In this document: positions 63,209 through 64,000 of the stretch, one piece after another | Numbering within the stretch: position 1 is the first letter of the stretch | How the letters are laid out: the number at the start of each line of letters is the position of its first letter | Virus record (IMG/VR): IMGVR_UViG_2974673715_000001 | Location: 32,001-96,000 of that record | From: a virus | Lineage: Duplodnaviria; Caudoviricetes | DNA: 64,000 nt | Direction: 5' to 3' (one strand) | Notes under the pieces: model-generated | What the model was told of the DNA's origin: nothing | The model's database searches: none | What the model saw: the letters and a program-made list of their open reading frames with translations, nothing else | Program-made: the position numbers and the translations under genes

Positions 63209-64000
63209 ATGGCAAATAGAATTCAATTAAGAAGAGGTGGCGCACAGGAATGGGCGAACTCTAACCCGACTCTTGCACAAGGTGAATTGGGTATCGAACT
63301 TGACACGGGTCGTTTTAAGATCGGTGATGGTGTATCTGCATGGAACACCTTAAGGTACGAACGTCCTGTAGAGTCTACATCTAATACTGCAAATACTTTA
63401 GTCCAAAGGGATGCTGATGGTAACTTCTCTGCAGGTACCATTACTTCTACTGTTATTGGTAACTCGTCTACTGCGTCTAGACTTGCTTCATCTAGACAAA
63501 TCCAACTCTCTAATGAGGTTACTGCTTCTGGTGTATTTGATGGTTCTCAAAACTTAAATCTATCTGCTGAATTAGCACTTGTTTCTACTTTACCACATTA
63601 CGATGGTACATCATCTCCCTCAGCAACTTACAATAAGGTAACTGTTGATGCTAAAGGTAGAGTAACAAACGCACAAGATTTTACTGCTTCTAACAATGGT
63701 ACTCTTGCTGATTATGGTCTTGATGGAACCAATGAAGGAACATCTGCACAACCATATGATTTAGACTTAGTTGCTTTAGCAGGTTTGACCACTACTGGTA
63801 TGATCTCTAGAACTGCTTCTAATACTGTAGCAACTAGAGCAATTACTGGAACTGCCACAAGAATCTCTGTAAGTGAGGGTGCAGGTATTTCTGGTAACCC
63901 AACTATTGATATGATTACCACTGCTGTTACAGCAGGTAACTATAATACGGAATCCCTGACATCTGTATCTGGTGCAGGTGGAAATGGCGAACCCTTTGGT
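63209..64000 (+). CDS. Tail fibre protein (3' partial)
   Basis: MANRIQLRRGGAQEWANSNPTLAQGELGIELDTGRFKIGDG (Mtd-N-like), then YNKVTVDAKGRVT; open to the window end. Confidence 0.85.
   Translation, partial: MANRIQLRRGGAQEWANSNPTLAQGELGIELDTGRFKIGDGVSAWNTLRYERPVESTSNTANTLVQRDADGNFSAGTITSTVIGNSSTASRLASSRQIQLSNEVTASGVFDGSQNLNLSAELALVSTLPHYDGTSSPSATYNKVTVDAKGRVTNAQDFTASNNGTLADYGLDGTNEGTSAQPYDLDLVALAGLTTTGMISRTASNTVATRAITGTATRISVSEGAGISGNPTIDMITTAVTAGNYNTESLTSVSGAGGNGEPFG

Overview
An AT-rich 64-kb segment of a T4-like myovirus, most consistent with a marine cyanophage (Kyanoviridae-like; the host cannot be determined from this window). It has three blocks. (1) 1-8.5 kb: a tail-fibre-associated island with two fibrinogen-like paralogues, a Gly-rich fibre protein, one minus-strand CmcH/NodU carbamoyltransferase and six 2OG-Fe(II) oxygenases. 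(2) 8.5-22.4 kb: an early/host-takeover region built from 13 modules. Each module starts with a ~24-bp palindrome (TGTG[A/C]CA[G/C]T-N6-A[G/C]TG[T/G]CACA) placed 28-29 nt upstream of a -10 box and drives 1-5 mostly tiny ORFs. This block also holds a nuclease-like/MTase pair behind a structured 93-nt RNA, an SF2 helicase plus MTase, and two more candidate structured RNAs at the early/late boundary. (3) 22.4-64 kb: late baseplate and tail genes (PAAR/gp5.4, gp25, gp6, a 6603-aa gp7, gp9/10-like, a YHYH protein, gp8, VrlC-like, start of a tail fibre) with T4-type late promoters. Most notable: the palindrome-delimited cassette array, whose sites contain or abut the stop codon of the preceding gene; the ncRNA-nuclease-MTase module; nested domain insertions in gp7; cupredoxin-type sites in virion proteins; and a context-dependent GTAC/AGCT/GCTGG avoidance signature. 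All calls come from reading motifs by eye; no database searches were run.
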